Notes under the pieces: generated by a model | Told to the model about the DNA's origin: nothing | Seen by the model: the letters and a program-made list of their open reading frames with translations, nothing else | Databases searched by the model: none | Part shown: one piece after another, positions 14,943 to 27,625 of the stretch | Position numbering within the stretch: position 1 is the stretch's first letter | Layout: the number at the start of each line of letters is the position of its first letter | Assembly (NCBI GenBank): GCA_001600695.1 | Contig: BCKQ01000003.1 | Location: forward strand, 53,572-117,571 | DNA length: 64,000 nucleotides | Reading direction: 5' to 3' | DNA from: Ascoidea asiatica JCM 7603 | Lineage: Eukaryota; Fungi; Ascomycota | Translations under genes and position numbers: made by a program

Positions 14943-17900
14943 TGTTAGAATCCAATAAAATAATTCTCTTTCTAAGAGAGGTTTTCAGAATCTTCTATTC
15001 ATACTTTTTACGAGAATATAGGTTATGTACGGTGTTATGGTCATGGACGGCGGGACCAAAATTTCACATTTGTACTACCAGATACTGGAAGTGAACATAT
15101 TGGAATATGTGAGTTTGCAATCAAGGTTTACTTTTGAAATTACATAGTCAAAGCCAATTGCACTATGGAGTCTGGAGTACAATTTCAGCAACTTAATACT
15201 TTTCTTTATGTTATTTTGTTGAGTAAAATAATATAAATAGACCTTTGATTTCCTTTTTATTTCATTTCATATTACTCTGTTTTTTTGTTCTTCACCAAAT
15301 TATATATATAACAATAATATAATTCCAAAAGTGCAGTTACTCATATCTCATGACATTTACCGTCGTGTCGGATTTATACTTAATTTTTATATGCAACATT
15401 TGGTCACCTGATTTCGCATATTAAAATTTTGAAATTGCTAGATTTCTAGGTTTTCCGTTACTCGTATTGGAACATTTAATCACACTTAAATAAGGTTAAG
15501 GACTTTCACATTCATTACCTGGAAGCTCGTTGTCTACTCCGATCAGAATTGTTTCTCAAATTACTGGACTAGCCTAGAGATACGGTGAATTATTACCATC
15601 GTTGGCAACGGACCGCTGAGTAGTTTCTGTTAGATTATTTGTTTTAGAAGAACGCTTTCTGATACCAGAAAGATAAGTTTTTTTCCCTTCTTAAGTTGCT
15701 TTTGAAATTGAAAAAAAAATAAATATAAAAATTGAATAAAAATAAAAACAAAAAATAAAACTAAAACACTTTTTTTAATTGAATTTATATGTTTATTCAA
15801 TTATTTTATTTTAAAACTATCAATTGAAATGGAACAATTACCTTTAGGTCCTTTTAGTTTCAATAATATTGCTGGTTATTCTTTAGGTAATAAGGAATTA
15901 TAGCAGAAGACATCCAAAAATTTAATAACTTCTTTAACCCAAAATCCTTTAATGAAGAAAGCTGATGCTGGTGTTTAAATTCCGTTATTTCTTGAATGGT
16001 TCATTGGTCGTATTAGTTACTTGTTAGCGCATCACATTTTCAATTACTAATTGTTGCTTCCCGAAACATTCGCTGTTTGAATCAAATCTTTTTTCGCTCA
16101 AGACTAAATTAATCACCGTGCCACTAATTTAAATGGTGTTCAATTGTTTCTAGGTATTGAAACACAATATTCTAAGCTTAATGTTGGTGATGAAATTGAA
16201 CTAATTGATCAATTCTTTTCTAAATTTAAAACATGGAATGCTGTTGAGCTGCATCAACAATTTAGTATCCTAAGGTTTTATATTCCTGATTTTACTAGCT
16301 TAGGTTCTCGCTTAGGTTTAATGTCTTTGAATAAAGAACAAAGATTAGACTATCTTAGATTTTGTCATATGTTGGCTAAGATAATGCTGCTAAGACTAAA
16401 TAATATTTCTTTATGAAACGTTTTAAGTGCAGCGGATGAATTTTCTGCAAAATCTAATATTGATACTAACTTATTCGTAAACGCTATTATATCAATGGTC
16501 GTAACAAGAATAATAAGATCAATAATAAAAAGCAGAATAAAAAGAAATTTTGCAAGAAACGTAAAACTAATAAACCTGATTATAAAAATGATGTTAAACA
16601 ACATAATCAAAGTAACGAGAGTAATAAAATGGATATTACTGAAAAAGCTTTGGTTTTAAATACAAGGGATGATGATTATCATGACGCTGTTTCATGTTTT
16701 CTCAAAGCGAATGCCTTACTAGCTAAGGTTAACAATAAAAATCATTTCGTTATTGATTCAGGTTCAAGCCCTCATGTCACAAATAATCTTTATGAGATGG
16801 CTCCTGCTTCTACTAAACATGTAAAAATTCCTATCAATGGTATTTATGGTGGTACTATCGTTACTAAATGTAGAATTCTTAATTCTTCATTAACATCTAC
16901 TAGGGTTCTTTATGTTCCTAATGGTGATTACAAAATTTGTTTTATCTTTAAGTAAATTACTGGAAATAGCTATAAAAAGTAATGTTTTTTCTGATATAAT
17001 TGAATTGATTAAAGTTGGCGAAACATTCACTGCTGAATTAAACGGTGGGTTATAGTTTTTAAACATATCTAAAACTCCAGTAGTATTGTCAGTATTTGGT
17101 CCTTCCGCGGATTCAAAACAAGGTGAAGAAAACTCAACCAAATTTATAATTCAAAGTTTTCATGAACAATTAAATAATTTGCCATTGAAACCTTTACTTG
17201 GTGAATTATCAAAAAAACGTTATCATAATCTTACTTCTTCAATAGTAAACCAGGCTATCAGTGCATGTTCTACATGCTCCAATGAAATGAAACGTAACAA
17301 AGATTCTGCTAGAAGTTTAAATACCTGATTTTATATGCGGTGAACATCTATGGGTTGATTTAATAGGTCCATTTAATCACTGTTTTGCTCTCATTACTAT
17401 TGATGACAAAAGTAAATATACAATTGGAACAGTTATTAAATGAAGCACTCTTGTTTAACATAAGCTGATTGAAATTTTAAACACCTTCAGAAAGATATTA
17501 TCTCTCAGGAATAAACAGATGGTCTATATGCGTTATGACAATGAATTTCAAACAAAAAAATTAACTGATTAGAAAATCAATGGTATTCAACCGAAATGTA
17601 CTGCTGCTAATCAGAGTCATCAAAATGGCAGTATTGAACAATTCAATTCCTATATTCGAAGAAAAATCGGATTAACGTTAGGACACTCTCGTATTCCAAT
17701 CGAATTTTCGAATTTGGAACTCATGCATAATATGGTTTTCCCTAATTATTTATATGGATATAAGTCAAACTTTTCTGCATGGCAAATAATTAGAGTATCT
17801 GAAAAAGGTTTACACCGGAAACAATTACATGTTTTTGGTTATGCAACAATTACATGTTTTTGGTTATTTAGCTTACAGATATGATGATGCAACTGCAAAT

Positions 17901-19663
17901 AAATTAACGCCAAATGCTTCTGCGAGTATATTCTTAGGATATGCTATGTCTAATAATATTAGTTATTTTTAATAAACTCGTAAAATATCTAGAGTTGCAA
18001 GTTTTAAAACTTTTGCAAAGAATTATCCATTTAATACTTTACAATCTTCATCATTATCTTTGTCAATTAATGGGTATTGTACAGCTGATTTATTTGAATC
18101 ACATGACACAGATTATTTTAATCCACCTTATGCTCCAAGTATTGATCATTCTCAAACTTCTAATTCTACTTCAACAAATGTTTACAACTATTCTCTCAGT
18201 GCTCCGGTATCTTTAATTCAATCTAAAAGACCCACATAGGATACTTACGGTGAACCTGTAAAGGCTTCCAGGTTTAAATTGGTTTTAATTCCACTTAATG
18301 GTAAATCTGATGTTCCTAAATATCCAGATTATGCGTGGAAAATTGAAAAATAGAAAGAAGCAATGTTAAACAAAATCAAACAGTTTTAGATCAAATGATT
18401 CCGTCAAGAAATATAATTCTTTGAATCTTAGTAAAGATGATACAATTTTAGACACTGGTTGGCTTTTTATCAAGAAACCTTTTGGTCCTAAAACTAGATT
18501 AATTACTAAAGGTTAGGACCAGGATATTAAACCTGAAAGTACCTATGTTAGTTCCACTAATCAAACAATGTTCAGGTTTTTTCTTGGTTTAAATTATAAA
18601 AACAGATATTTTGCTCAAATAAAGTTCAAAACAGCTAATCTTCAAAGTTCTATTCATGGTAAATTTATTATGTGAACTCCACTCCATTTTCTTTACAATA
18701 CTAGTTATCTTAGTTTAAGCAAATCTGTTTATGGTTTAAAAACAAGTCCTTCATCATGGATGATTGCTTTAGTTTCTTACCTTAAGTCAATTCAAATGGA
18801 AAAAATTAATTCCCATGGTTAGTTTAAATCTAATAAATTACATGTCGTTGTCTATGTTATTAATCTTCTAATTTCTTATGAAGATCCAAATGATTTTCAA
18901 TATTTAATCAACTGCTGGAATAAAAATTTTAACTCTCGCCATAAATTAATTGAAGAATCAGCCAGTACTTTGATCTTAAGTATGCATTTATCTTGAAATA
19001 ATTCAGGTATTTCAAGTTCTCCTTTAACTTATTTATCTAAAGATAAAGATAAATATGACTTAATGATCGACACTTCCCGAAACTTATATCTAAGTAGAAA
19101 GATGATTATCTTCCCTGAATTCAACCATTAATTTATTTAGGGAATACGTCTTTCCTGAATTGATTGGTCATATTAAAATGGTATCTCAATGTATTACCAG
19201 TGTTAGTCAATACAATTTAAAAACCATTACAAATGTCCTAGGTTTATCATTTTCAGAAAGAAATCTCATTGAATATTTCAGATAAAGCTTGGTTTGATAC
19301 TACATAGCTATATGATTTAACAAGTATTAATAACAATTTCCGAAAGGTTACCACACATAAGACCACTATTCAATGTGCTTCTGATTCGTCATGGTGTACA
19401 TTTTTTTATTCCAGATATTAAACAGTTTTTTTACTTATGTTAATTGTTGCTTGGTTGCATGGTCTTCTAAAAAGATTAGCTCTGTTTGCCTTTTTTTAGT
19501 AAAACCTCAATTTTATGCACTTGTCAATTCTGCAAACCCCATCAATATTTATTAAGTATATGCCAGTTGAATTATGTTGAAGCGTGATTGTCCATTATGT
19601 TCACATAATCTTACCGCTAGGTCAATCTAATTGAACAATTCCAAAACAAAAACAGTCAAACAA

Positions 19664-19664
19664 A

Positions 19665-19695
<31 letters not shown>

Positions 19696-19712
19696 GCATA
19701 TATATATATATA
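19664..19712. repeat. (TA)n microsatellite within the decayed RNase H coding region
   Basis: Directly visible TA run with two interruptions. Confidence 0.95.
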
Positions 19713-19952
19713 CACATTATGCACACTCCTTATGAGTAAAAAATAAACCATTTTTGTATCATCTGGGTTTTGCAAGTAAAGCTGGTTTTCTTAAATACTA
19801 TGCTGGGATTCACCAACGTTCGGGACGTTCTCAAAACTGTTATAAGAATTTGTAATTACGCCAGTATGTTAGAATTAACTAGCATGATTGTTGTTTCGAA
19901 CAATATGTTATATATCTGCTAATAAGTTGTGGTACTGTTAGAATCTTAAAAT

Positions 19953-20985
19953 TGTTGTGAATTTTCATTCACTTTACAAAAAATATATAAATTTTACGCA
20001 CTTACAAACTATGTATTAACCAATTAACTCGTGCTAATCGATGATCTAAAAAAATAACTAAATAAATTATATAAAAAATAAGAGGAAATCGATTGCTTTA
20101 ATATTACTTCAGGATTCCTACGGGGTCCCGCACGACTATCGAGGATTCTCGGGAATTCCCAAAAAAAGTCCCAGGATTCCTTAGTAGAATCAGGGAGGGA
20201 ATCAAGTTTACCTTGTAAAAAGGGTTGAAAACCTGATTAGAAATCAGTTGAGATTCATATTTCAATTTAGCAAGGTAAAATCAATCAGCCCACTTTCCAG
20301 TGGGGTATAAAATCGCACTAATTGCGGGTAATAATCTTTAATCCCGAAGCCGTACTCGGAATAGATCCCTTCCGGGATTATCTCCACTAGTCTCCTGTTT
20401 ACTCCAAGACAATTCGGTATACGCAGTAGGAATTATACCTTACCTCACATGAAACTAGGCTAGCCAGTCCAGCCTTCCAGAAGGCGTCCCTTCCCGGATC
20501 CGATTGGCCTTTCGGATTTAACTTCTACGCGGATATACGCTAAATCCCAACTCCTCTTTAAATCTCCTCGTACAGAGTGGCTTAGTATTAATATGCTCTT
20601 AAAGGTTGTCCCAGGATGGCTGGTACCAACCTGAAGGTGTTTTCTACTTTGTGCGCTATACCTAACGTAAGCACACATGACCTATGCCATGTGAGTAGAA
20701 TATCACATGATATCCGACTATCGGTGTACAGGGACGCAGACTCGTGGAAAGGTCAAGTGAATTGAAGTATTCTTCATGCAACTTAATGCAGCTTTATACA
20801 ACAATATGTATATTTATGCCTAATCATGCATCTCTATTCAGAATTATACCTAGTGTACACACATTATCCTATAATACATAACTCTTTCTCGTTTACTATA
20901 GATACGTGTCTTTTTGACCTTAACCACCTATGGTATTAGTACGAATATATGCCCTAGCACATATAGATCTCTATTATTTCCAACA
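19953..20985. mobile_element. ~1033-bp solo-LTR-like element, GC-enriched and hairpin-dense
   Basis: Ends TGTTG...CAACA with near-TSD AAAAT/AGAAT. The minus strand starts TGTTGGAAATAATAG, similar to Ty1 delta. It sits 17 bp inside the copia 3' LTR. Confidence 0.5.
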
Positions 20986-23500
20986 AGAATAGCACCGGGG
21001 AATGCTGTAACAAATTCTTGAATAAATGTATGTAGCAAAGCTTGTGTATAATTTATTTATTGATTACTAGCAAATGGTATCTCTAAAATTTTAATTCATG
21101 TCCTTCCTCCTTTTCATAAAAACAGTTATATAAGTATATAGAAATTGAGTCGTATTTAAATAAAATAATTGTAAAGAGTATTGTAAATTAGTAAAAGGGA
21201 CAATAGAGTAATGATTACTCATAATTACTAATAATTAATGACAGTTAGTAATTGATAAATACGTATTTTACTGGAAAGTAAATAAGAATTTATTTCATTT
21301 TCTCAGAAAATTGTGTAATGTATTTGGTATCCTGAATAAGGTAATTCCAGCTAAATTAAACAGCCGGAATTGAGAGAAAAAAAAGGGAAATTTGACAAAA
21401 TAAAAAGAATTTTGACAAGGGCGGATGGGAACATTGAGGTCCAAAACTGACTTTTCAGAGAATAATAGAGATTGTTGACAGACCGGGCTTGCCGGACCTC
21501 TAACGTATTCAAGTATCTATAGGTCTCATACTCAGCGATACTATACCGTGTGTATGATTAGTTATAGTTAGAATCTACATTCTGAAATCCTACAGTTTGA
21601 GCTTAGATGCCAGACTTGTTGCATTATTTGCAACAGTAGACGGAGGGATGCTGTTAGCTCTATAAGCCTCCGTTCTAAAATTGCATATATGTACAACCAG
21701 TTACCTGCTGTCCTAACAATAGATTATATGAGGTTGTACTCATCTTTTTCTTTTCAACTGTTATAGTACCCAAGAAGTTGCGGGAGGCTTCTGAATTGGC
21801 TGTACAGATCAAGATATTGAAAACGATGATGATTCTTAACTATATGAAATATAATTTCGAATCCCCTAAAGTAAGTAACAAATATTAAAAAATAAAAGTA
21901 AAATGTGTATTTGAGACGTAGATTAGAAAGTAAAAGCTATGTAGTAATTTTTTCTATAAAATCTTCGCTAAGAAAAAAAAGAAAAACTTGATATTTTTCT
22001 AAAAAATAATTTTAAGCTATTTATGGTAAATAAAAAGATTGAAAAGACAGCGAGGATAAGATAAAAATTTGAAAAACTGAAATGTGTGTATCTAAATAAC
22101 GACATATAATTTTTTTTTAAAAAATAAAATTGCATCTTCTTTCGAAAGTAAAAAAATTATTTGAAAAAAAAAATATTGAAACATTTGCGGAACTGCATTT
22201 TCGGTTAGTCAAAAAATATTTAAGGCAAAAAATTCAACTTGTAATTGCTTAATTAAATTTTTGAATATATATATTAAAGCTGAAGTAATTTTCTTTGTAT
22301 GTTGTAATATTATATTAAAGCTTCTGGATTAGATCGACATTGATTCGTTGTTTGAAGTCAAAAAAAAAACAGTTTTATATTTGACGCAAAATCCCTTTAG
22401 AGGGTACAAATCGCTTTTGAACGTCATAATGTTTTATTTCAACAGCATTTTCTATACCACAAAGATGCTTTTTGAATGCCCTATAATCAGACTGGAACAT
22501 TTATCCTACTTAGTGATAAATCCTGTTCAATCGTACAATCAGATAATAAACAGGTATTATTTAAAAAGGTTGTTTAGCTTGCCATTTGGTTGTTCCCCAA
22601 TAACTAGAATCACCACTTTGCTGTGAATCTTGAAAGTTTGGTAAATGATAAAAGAGTTTAACATATTAGCTATACAAGGATTCGCTGTCAATGCTAGAGT
22701 ATTGACTTGCATGACAGTATCGGACATAGTGGGTGTTGTTTGTACTAACCGGTATTTAGTTGAATTAGTTGAGCTCGATGTCTTAGATGAGTTAGATGAG
22801 TGAGATGATTTTGATGATTTTGATGCATTAGAGTAATTATTTGTGGTCGTGGAGTTAGTTCGCTGAATGGAAATAGGTTAAGCTTTTGGGGCTGGTTGAA
22901 TTAGCTTAATTAGGTGGTTTAGTCGAATTGACTTTATAGTTGAGTGCGTTGAGTTTGGTAAGTTTGTTGTGTTAGTTTAGTTGCGTGCGTTAATTACGTG
23001 AGTCAATTGTTTTAACAATTATTGAATGATATTAATTTCTTTGATGGTTTTAATTGATTTTTGAATTAATGATTTTATTTAAATTGTTTCCTTTAATTTG
23101 TCTTATTGTTTTGTGAAACTTTTGCAGTGGATGCATATCTGGTACATTTGAATTCTATTGTTATAGAAATTGAATCATGGGATGTTTTGTGTTTTTGGGG
23201 TTGGAAAAGGTCTGAAAGATCAGGTTAGAGGTTATTTATTAATCACGCATAAACAAGAGTCAAATGGTTTTAGTATGAAACTTAAACCTGGAGCAGATTC
23301 TGCTACAACGGCAAAAACAAATTTACTGTAAGCTTGGGAATAGACAATTATTTACTTAATACATGTTTTTCAATTACGATAAGTACAGCTTTAACTTTTT
23401 TCCATTTTATTTAATATTTTTCTTTTTCTGTCATCTTCACCAAATATTGATAAGATTAGTATATTTTTAAAAGTCCAATTACTCTAGTCTTACTATTGCG

Positions 23501-23631
23501 AATTGATTATTTATTCGAATTAACGTTAATGGTAATAATTTAGGGGCTACTGATTTATATAAATGGGACAACACCTACAAACTGATTGGTAATGACACAT
23601 AATGCGGATTGACCTATTACTGTTCCTTACA
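23501..23631 (-). repeat. Outer fragment of the split gypsy 5' LTR
   Basis: Nearly gapless alignment to 8392-8521 (e.g. ATTTATATAAATGG, ATTGGT.ATGACACATAAT). Ends TTACA and is followed by TTTTT. Confidence 0.85.
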
Positions 23632-24903
23632 TTTTTTCAAGAATTTAGGACGCCGTTCAAGTGCAAGCGTAACTGACAGACATTTAGGGCTCCAGTTATA
23701 AAAAACAATGCAAAATTGCCCTGGTGGTGAAGGTTGGTCCATTTATTTCTCCTTAAAATGTCCGTTGCCAACTGTCCCTTCAGTAAATTCGTGGCTCACA
23801 ACTCCTGGTTCAGGACGGTACCTGATGTGAGTTTCGAGTGCTCACATAAATACCAAAAAGGGTACCTTAAGGATGTTTTTTGTTCATCTTTCTTTAACGT
23901 TTGGTAACCTTTCTTATTAAAAGAAAATTAAATATTGAAACCAATTTTGTAAGAAAATTTAACTTGTTGTATCCAGAAAAATTGGTTTAAAAAAGTTCCT
24001 GCGATTTCTTTCTGCTGGAAACAAATAAATCTCGTTATTACTGTTAGGCTACTACACTTTCTTCAATTATCTGTTTGCTGTTACAAACTTGTTTTTCATT
24101 CAAATACTCATCTCAAACCAAGAGCTTCTTTAATATTTCTCACTAGAGTTTGAAATAAGGATCATCAAAATTTATCTGTGGCTAAAAAGACTCAAACTTT
24201 TACTTTATTTTTTATAAACGTTCAAAAACATAGTACTTAGCAGAAAAGGATTTGTTTTAAGCTCATATGTTAATAAAATATTTCCACTCAACGAATAAGT
24301 CATCCTTTCATACTTTCTCTCTTCAGGATAATTTTGATATCTCAATTATTACTTTCCTACTATTAATTTTTTTTTTTTTTTGTCGAATTTATCAAAAGAA
24401 AAATAGTGAAGAAATACCAGAGATTTTTGTTTCTTAATATTTATAATAATCTTTTAAAAAAAAAAAAAGGCTCATCTAGCTTCTTAATCCTTAAAAAAGA
24501 GAATTGATCATCAAAATAATTATCAGTTTTTCATTTTTATAAACTTTCTGACTGTTATTTCGATTTATGAAGTACTTCTAAAATAAAGATAGCAAAATAG
24601 CATTAATGTGTTATAATTTATAAATTTTAAATAACTGCAAATTGAATCTAAATTAGTTAAAGTCAAAGTCAAAGTCAAAGTAAAAGTAAAAATAAAAATC
24701 AAAATCAAATCAAATCAAATCAAATCTAATCAAACCTATTCAAAAATAATTTAATCTAATAAAGTTGAAACAAATTAACTTAATTTAATCAAAGGCAATT
24801 TGAATTAATTCATATCAAGCTTTCTTAAGACAAAATTATTATCCGTCTCCTTGATTAGTCATTTTCATTTATTTATATATATATATCAAATTCATCTTCA
24901 AGA

Positions 24904-25586
24904 ATGGTACTTCAATTATCAACTGTTGCAAATTTAACAAAAAGAAAACGTAAGGATAAAAGGGTATTTCAATGTTCAGGTTATGGTGAATGTCAAATGG
25001 CATTTACCAGAGCTGAACATTTAGCAAGGCATATAAGAAAGCATACCGGTGAAAAACCATTTCAATGCCCAGACTGCTTAAAAATGTTTTCAAGAATTGA
25101 TAATTTAAAACAGCATAGAATTGCAATTCATTATAAACAATCTGATGATGGTAATTCTTCTTCTGATTCTCAATCTCAGTCTGATCAGCTCAATAATTTA
25201 AATGATAAGGATGATCAATTTATAAAATGTGATAATAATATTGTGACAAAAAGAATTGAATTTGAAAATAATAACAGTATAACTAGAAGCATCAATATTC
25301 AAAGTAAACCTAATCTTGAAAAAAACAAAAATTCTATCGTTTCTGAGAAGTTTACTGGGAACTATATTTCAACTCAAGATCCACCTTCTTTCATTTATGG
25401 CATCAATGAGACTCAGCAAAATTATGATTCAAATGATAATAATAAAAATAGTAATAATCTAACAGGAAAAATTTATAGTCAAAATGTTAGTTCCCAAAGT
25501 GTTCAATTACCTTCATTAAGAACAAACTTGTTACAAAGTAATGGCGTTTTATGTATTAATAATAATGCTAATACTACTACTACTAC

Positions 25587-25635
<49 letters not shown>

Positions 25636-26766
25636 CCCAGCAACTTCACAGGCGTTTTCCAAAATATGCCATCAATAACCCCTACCCACCAATATGCTCC
25701 TATTCTTCTACACCCTCCTCTTCAACAAACTAATTCAGATGCTGAAGATTACTTTTCGAATAGAATATTACAATTCAGACCTCAAAAAGAAAAAAGAAGA
25801 CCTGCACCGTTAAATCTCTCGTCTTCTGATATTAACAATCAACCTTGCTTAAATCAAAATTCTATAACGTCTCAAAATCTTACTCAAATCAATTACATAA
25901 ATCCTATTTCTCCATTGGATTCCATATCGTCTTCCACCTTGAATTCTCCCCAATATGATAGTCCAACATTTTCATTCAATTCAAAAGTTTTACGAAATTC
26001 TCGTTCTTATAATTTATTACGTCCAGAGATCAGTTCTGCCTCTTCGAATACTAGTTGCTTCAATTTTGAAAATAGAAACTCATTATTGCCAAGCCCGGTT
26101 AATTCAGAATTTGATTCCCATAGGCAATCACCTAACAGTCCCACTTTTTTCGATAATTTTAATGCAAGACTCATACCCCCTCCAATGCTGAACTTCAGAT
26201 TTGCAGCATCTGAGTCATCTTTAGTTTTTCCAAATTCATCTACTAATCAAAATCCAATTAAAAGTCAATTTCAACATCAGTTTGAACAGCCTGGCAACTT
26301 CAATAGTGATTTAAGTAATAATCCTACTATTGGGTCTGATATAGACTCATATGCTTCTACAATTCCTGCAAAACGACATATACCATATTTTACTCCAATG
26401 GATTCTAAATCTAGACGATCTGATTCATCCCCATTGCCTAGTCCATTACCAAGCATTCAAGTTAAAAATTTAGGCTCTCCAATAGACAAAAATGGAAATT
26501 CTTTAAAGCCGATGTATTCCAATCAAACGAATGCTTTCAATAGCTCGAAGGAATACAATTTATTGTCTCCTTCAGATTTGAGCTTTAATTGGCAGAGATA
26601 TCCAAACCTTAGTGTATCAAATACATCAGTGTCTTCAGTAGAAAAAACTACTAATAAAACTCTTTTTAATTCCAAAAATCAAAGTGCAGACTCCAGCTCA
26701 AACAAAACTTCAATCAATTTCTTATTGAACACCGATGATTCAAATCCTCAAAGTAATGGTAATTAA
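24904..26766 (+). CDS. USV1: C2H2 zinc-finger transcription factor, Usv1/Rgm1 (Bcr1-related) family
   Basis: N-terminal tandem fingers [48 protein letters not shown], a poly-Asn tract and a C-terminal SINFLL motif. Confidence 0.8.
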
Positions 26767-27004
26767 ATAATATTTTTAAGGTCTCTGATATGCTTGTGAT
26801 TATTATAATGGTAATTTTCTAGTCTCTGTATAATATGATCTGGAGGTTTTTTTACCTTGGTTAGTTTAAATTATATTTTTGTTTTTATATATTTATATCG
26901 GTATCTTTTTTGGCAACATTTTTTCATTCATTTCTCTTTTTCTTATTTAATTTGTTGGTTTCATTTCATAATTTTTGGTTTTGTTTTTATGATAAACTCT
27001 TACG

Positions 27005-27102
27005 ATATTTTATATTTTATATTTTATATTTTATATTTTATATTTTATATTTTATATTTTATATTTTATATTTTATATTTTATATTTTATATTTTATATT
27101 TT
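27005..27102. repeat. Perfect tandem repeat (ATATTTT)14
   Basis: 14 exact 7-bp units counted, ~240 bp downstream of the zinc-finger gene. Confidence 0.95.
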
Positions 27103-27625
27103 ATGGAGTTTTTTTGTTTGATATCTCATCTCATTCTTCTTTCTTTTGTTTCTTTTCTATTTTATTTTATATCTCTAACTTTATTTCAGTTCTTTTACAT
27201 GAAAAGTAAATGTGGCTATTTTGATATATTCCAAAGTATCTTTACATCCTTGACTATTCCTTGTTTTTTTAAATTGGTGAGATTTGAATAAAATTTTTAT
27301 ATTAGTTCCCATTGAATTTAGTTATTTATAATTTAAGGTAATGTTTTTTTTGTTTTTTTCGTTACTTTGAATTACATTAAAAGAATAGAAAGTTTACTCC
27401 TTTTAATCTGTTACAAGGGTTTCTTGTTTCAAATAAGGCTAATGTCCAAGCATTAGGTTTTGATAAAAAAAATAATTGCTTCAGTTTGTGTATTTGTTTT
27501 TTTCAAGTAAGAAGATTATTTCAAAAATGAAACAAGAATTTCTATTTAAAGATTATAAGTTAATAAACATAGTTATAATTCGAAGCTGAAAGAAATGTAA
27601 TCAAAAAAACTATTGAGCTTTGCGA

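Larger units (their letters stand above)
14943..23495 (+). mobile_element. Decayed Ty1/copia element nested in the gypsy 5' LTR; 5' LTR ~14943-15353, gag-pol ~15830-19850, interrupted 3' LTR ~19936-23495
   Basis: Motifs: PR VIDSGSSPH (ORF 16629-16955), integrase H..CSTC and GEHLWVDLIGPF, RT LSKSVYGLKTSP, RNase H CASDSSW. Both LTRs start TGTTAGAATC (14943, 19936). Segment 15240-15353 aligns with 23385-23495 (shared TCTTCACCAAAT, gapless AAAAGT.CA.TTACTC end). TTGCG is duplicated at 14938-14942 and 23496-23500. Confidence 0.8.
8324..23631 (-). mobile_element. Full-length decayed Ty3/gypsy retrotransposon (own sequence 8324-14942 plus 23501-23631) carrying a nested insertion
   Basis: Domains in gypsy order: Asn-rich gag (13225-13764), decayed PR ALIG..TSNLIS (~13120), RT APFGITT/YLDNILV (11812-12042), RNase H KEFLAII..TDHESL..RINRW (11119-11364), integrase with a GPF motif (~9870). 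PBS TGGTAACGCCGC at 14869-14858; PPT AAGAGAAGGATGG at 8534-8522; TTTTT on both flanks. Confidence 0.85.

Noticed and set aside
20233-20247. CTGATTAGAAATCAG resembling a tRNA-Arg(UCU) half PBS
   Set aside because: Not adjacent to an LTR end, and it is explained as the apical hairpin of a larger stem.
26857-27291. Hydrophobic ORFs of 144 and 99 aa
   Set aside because: They are artefacts of the (ATATTTT)14 repeat and T-rich DNA, and start at TTG.
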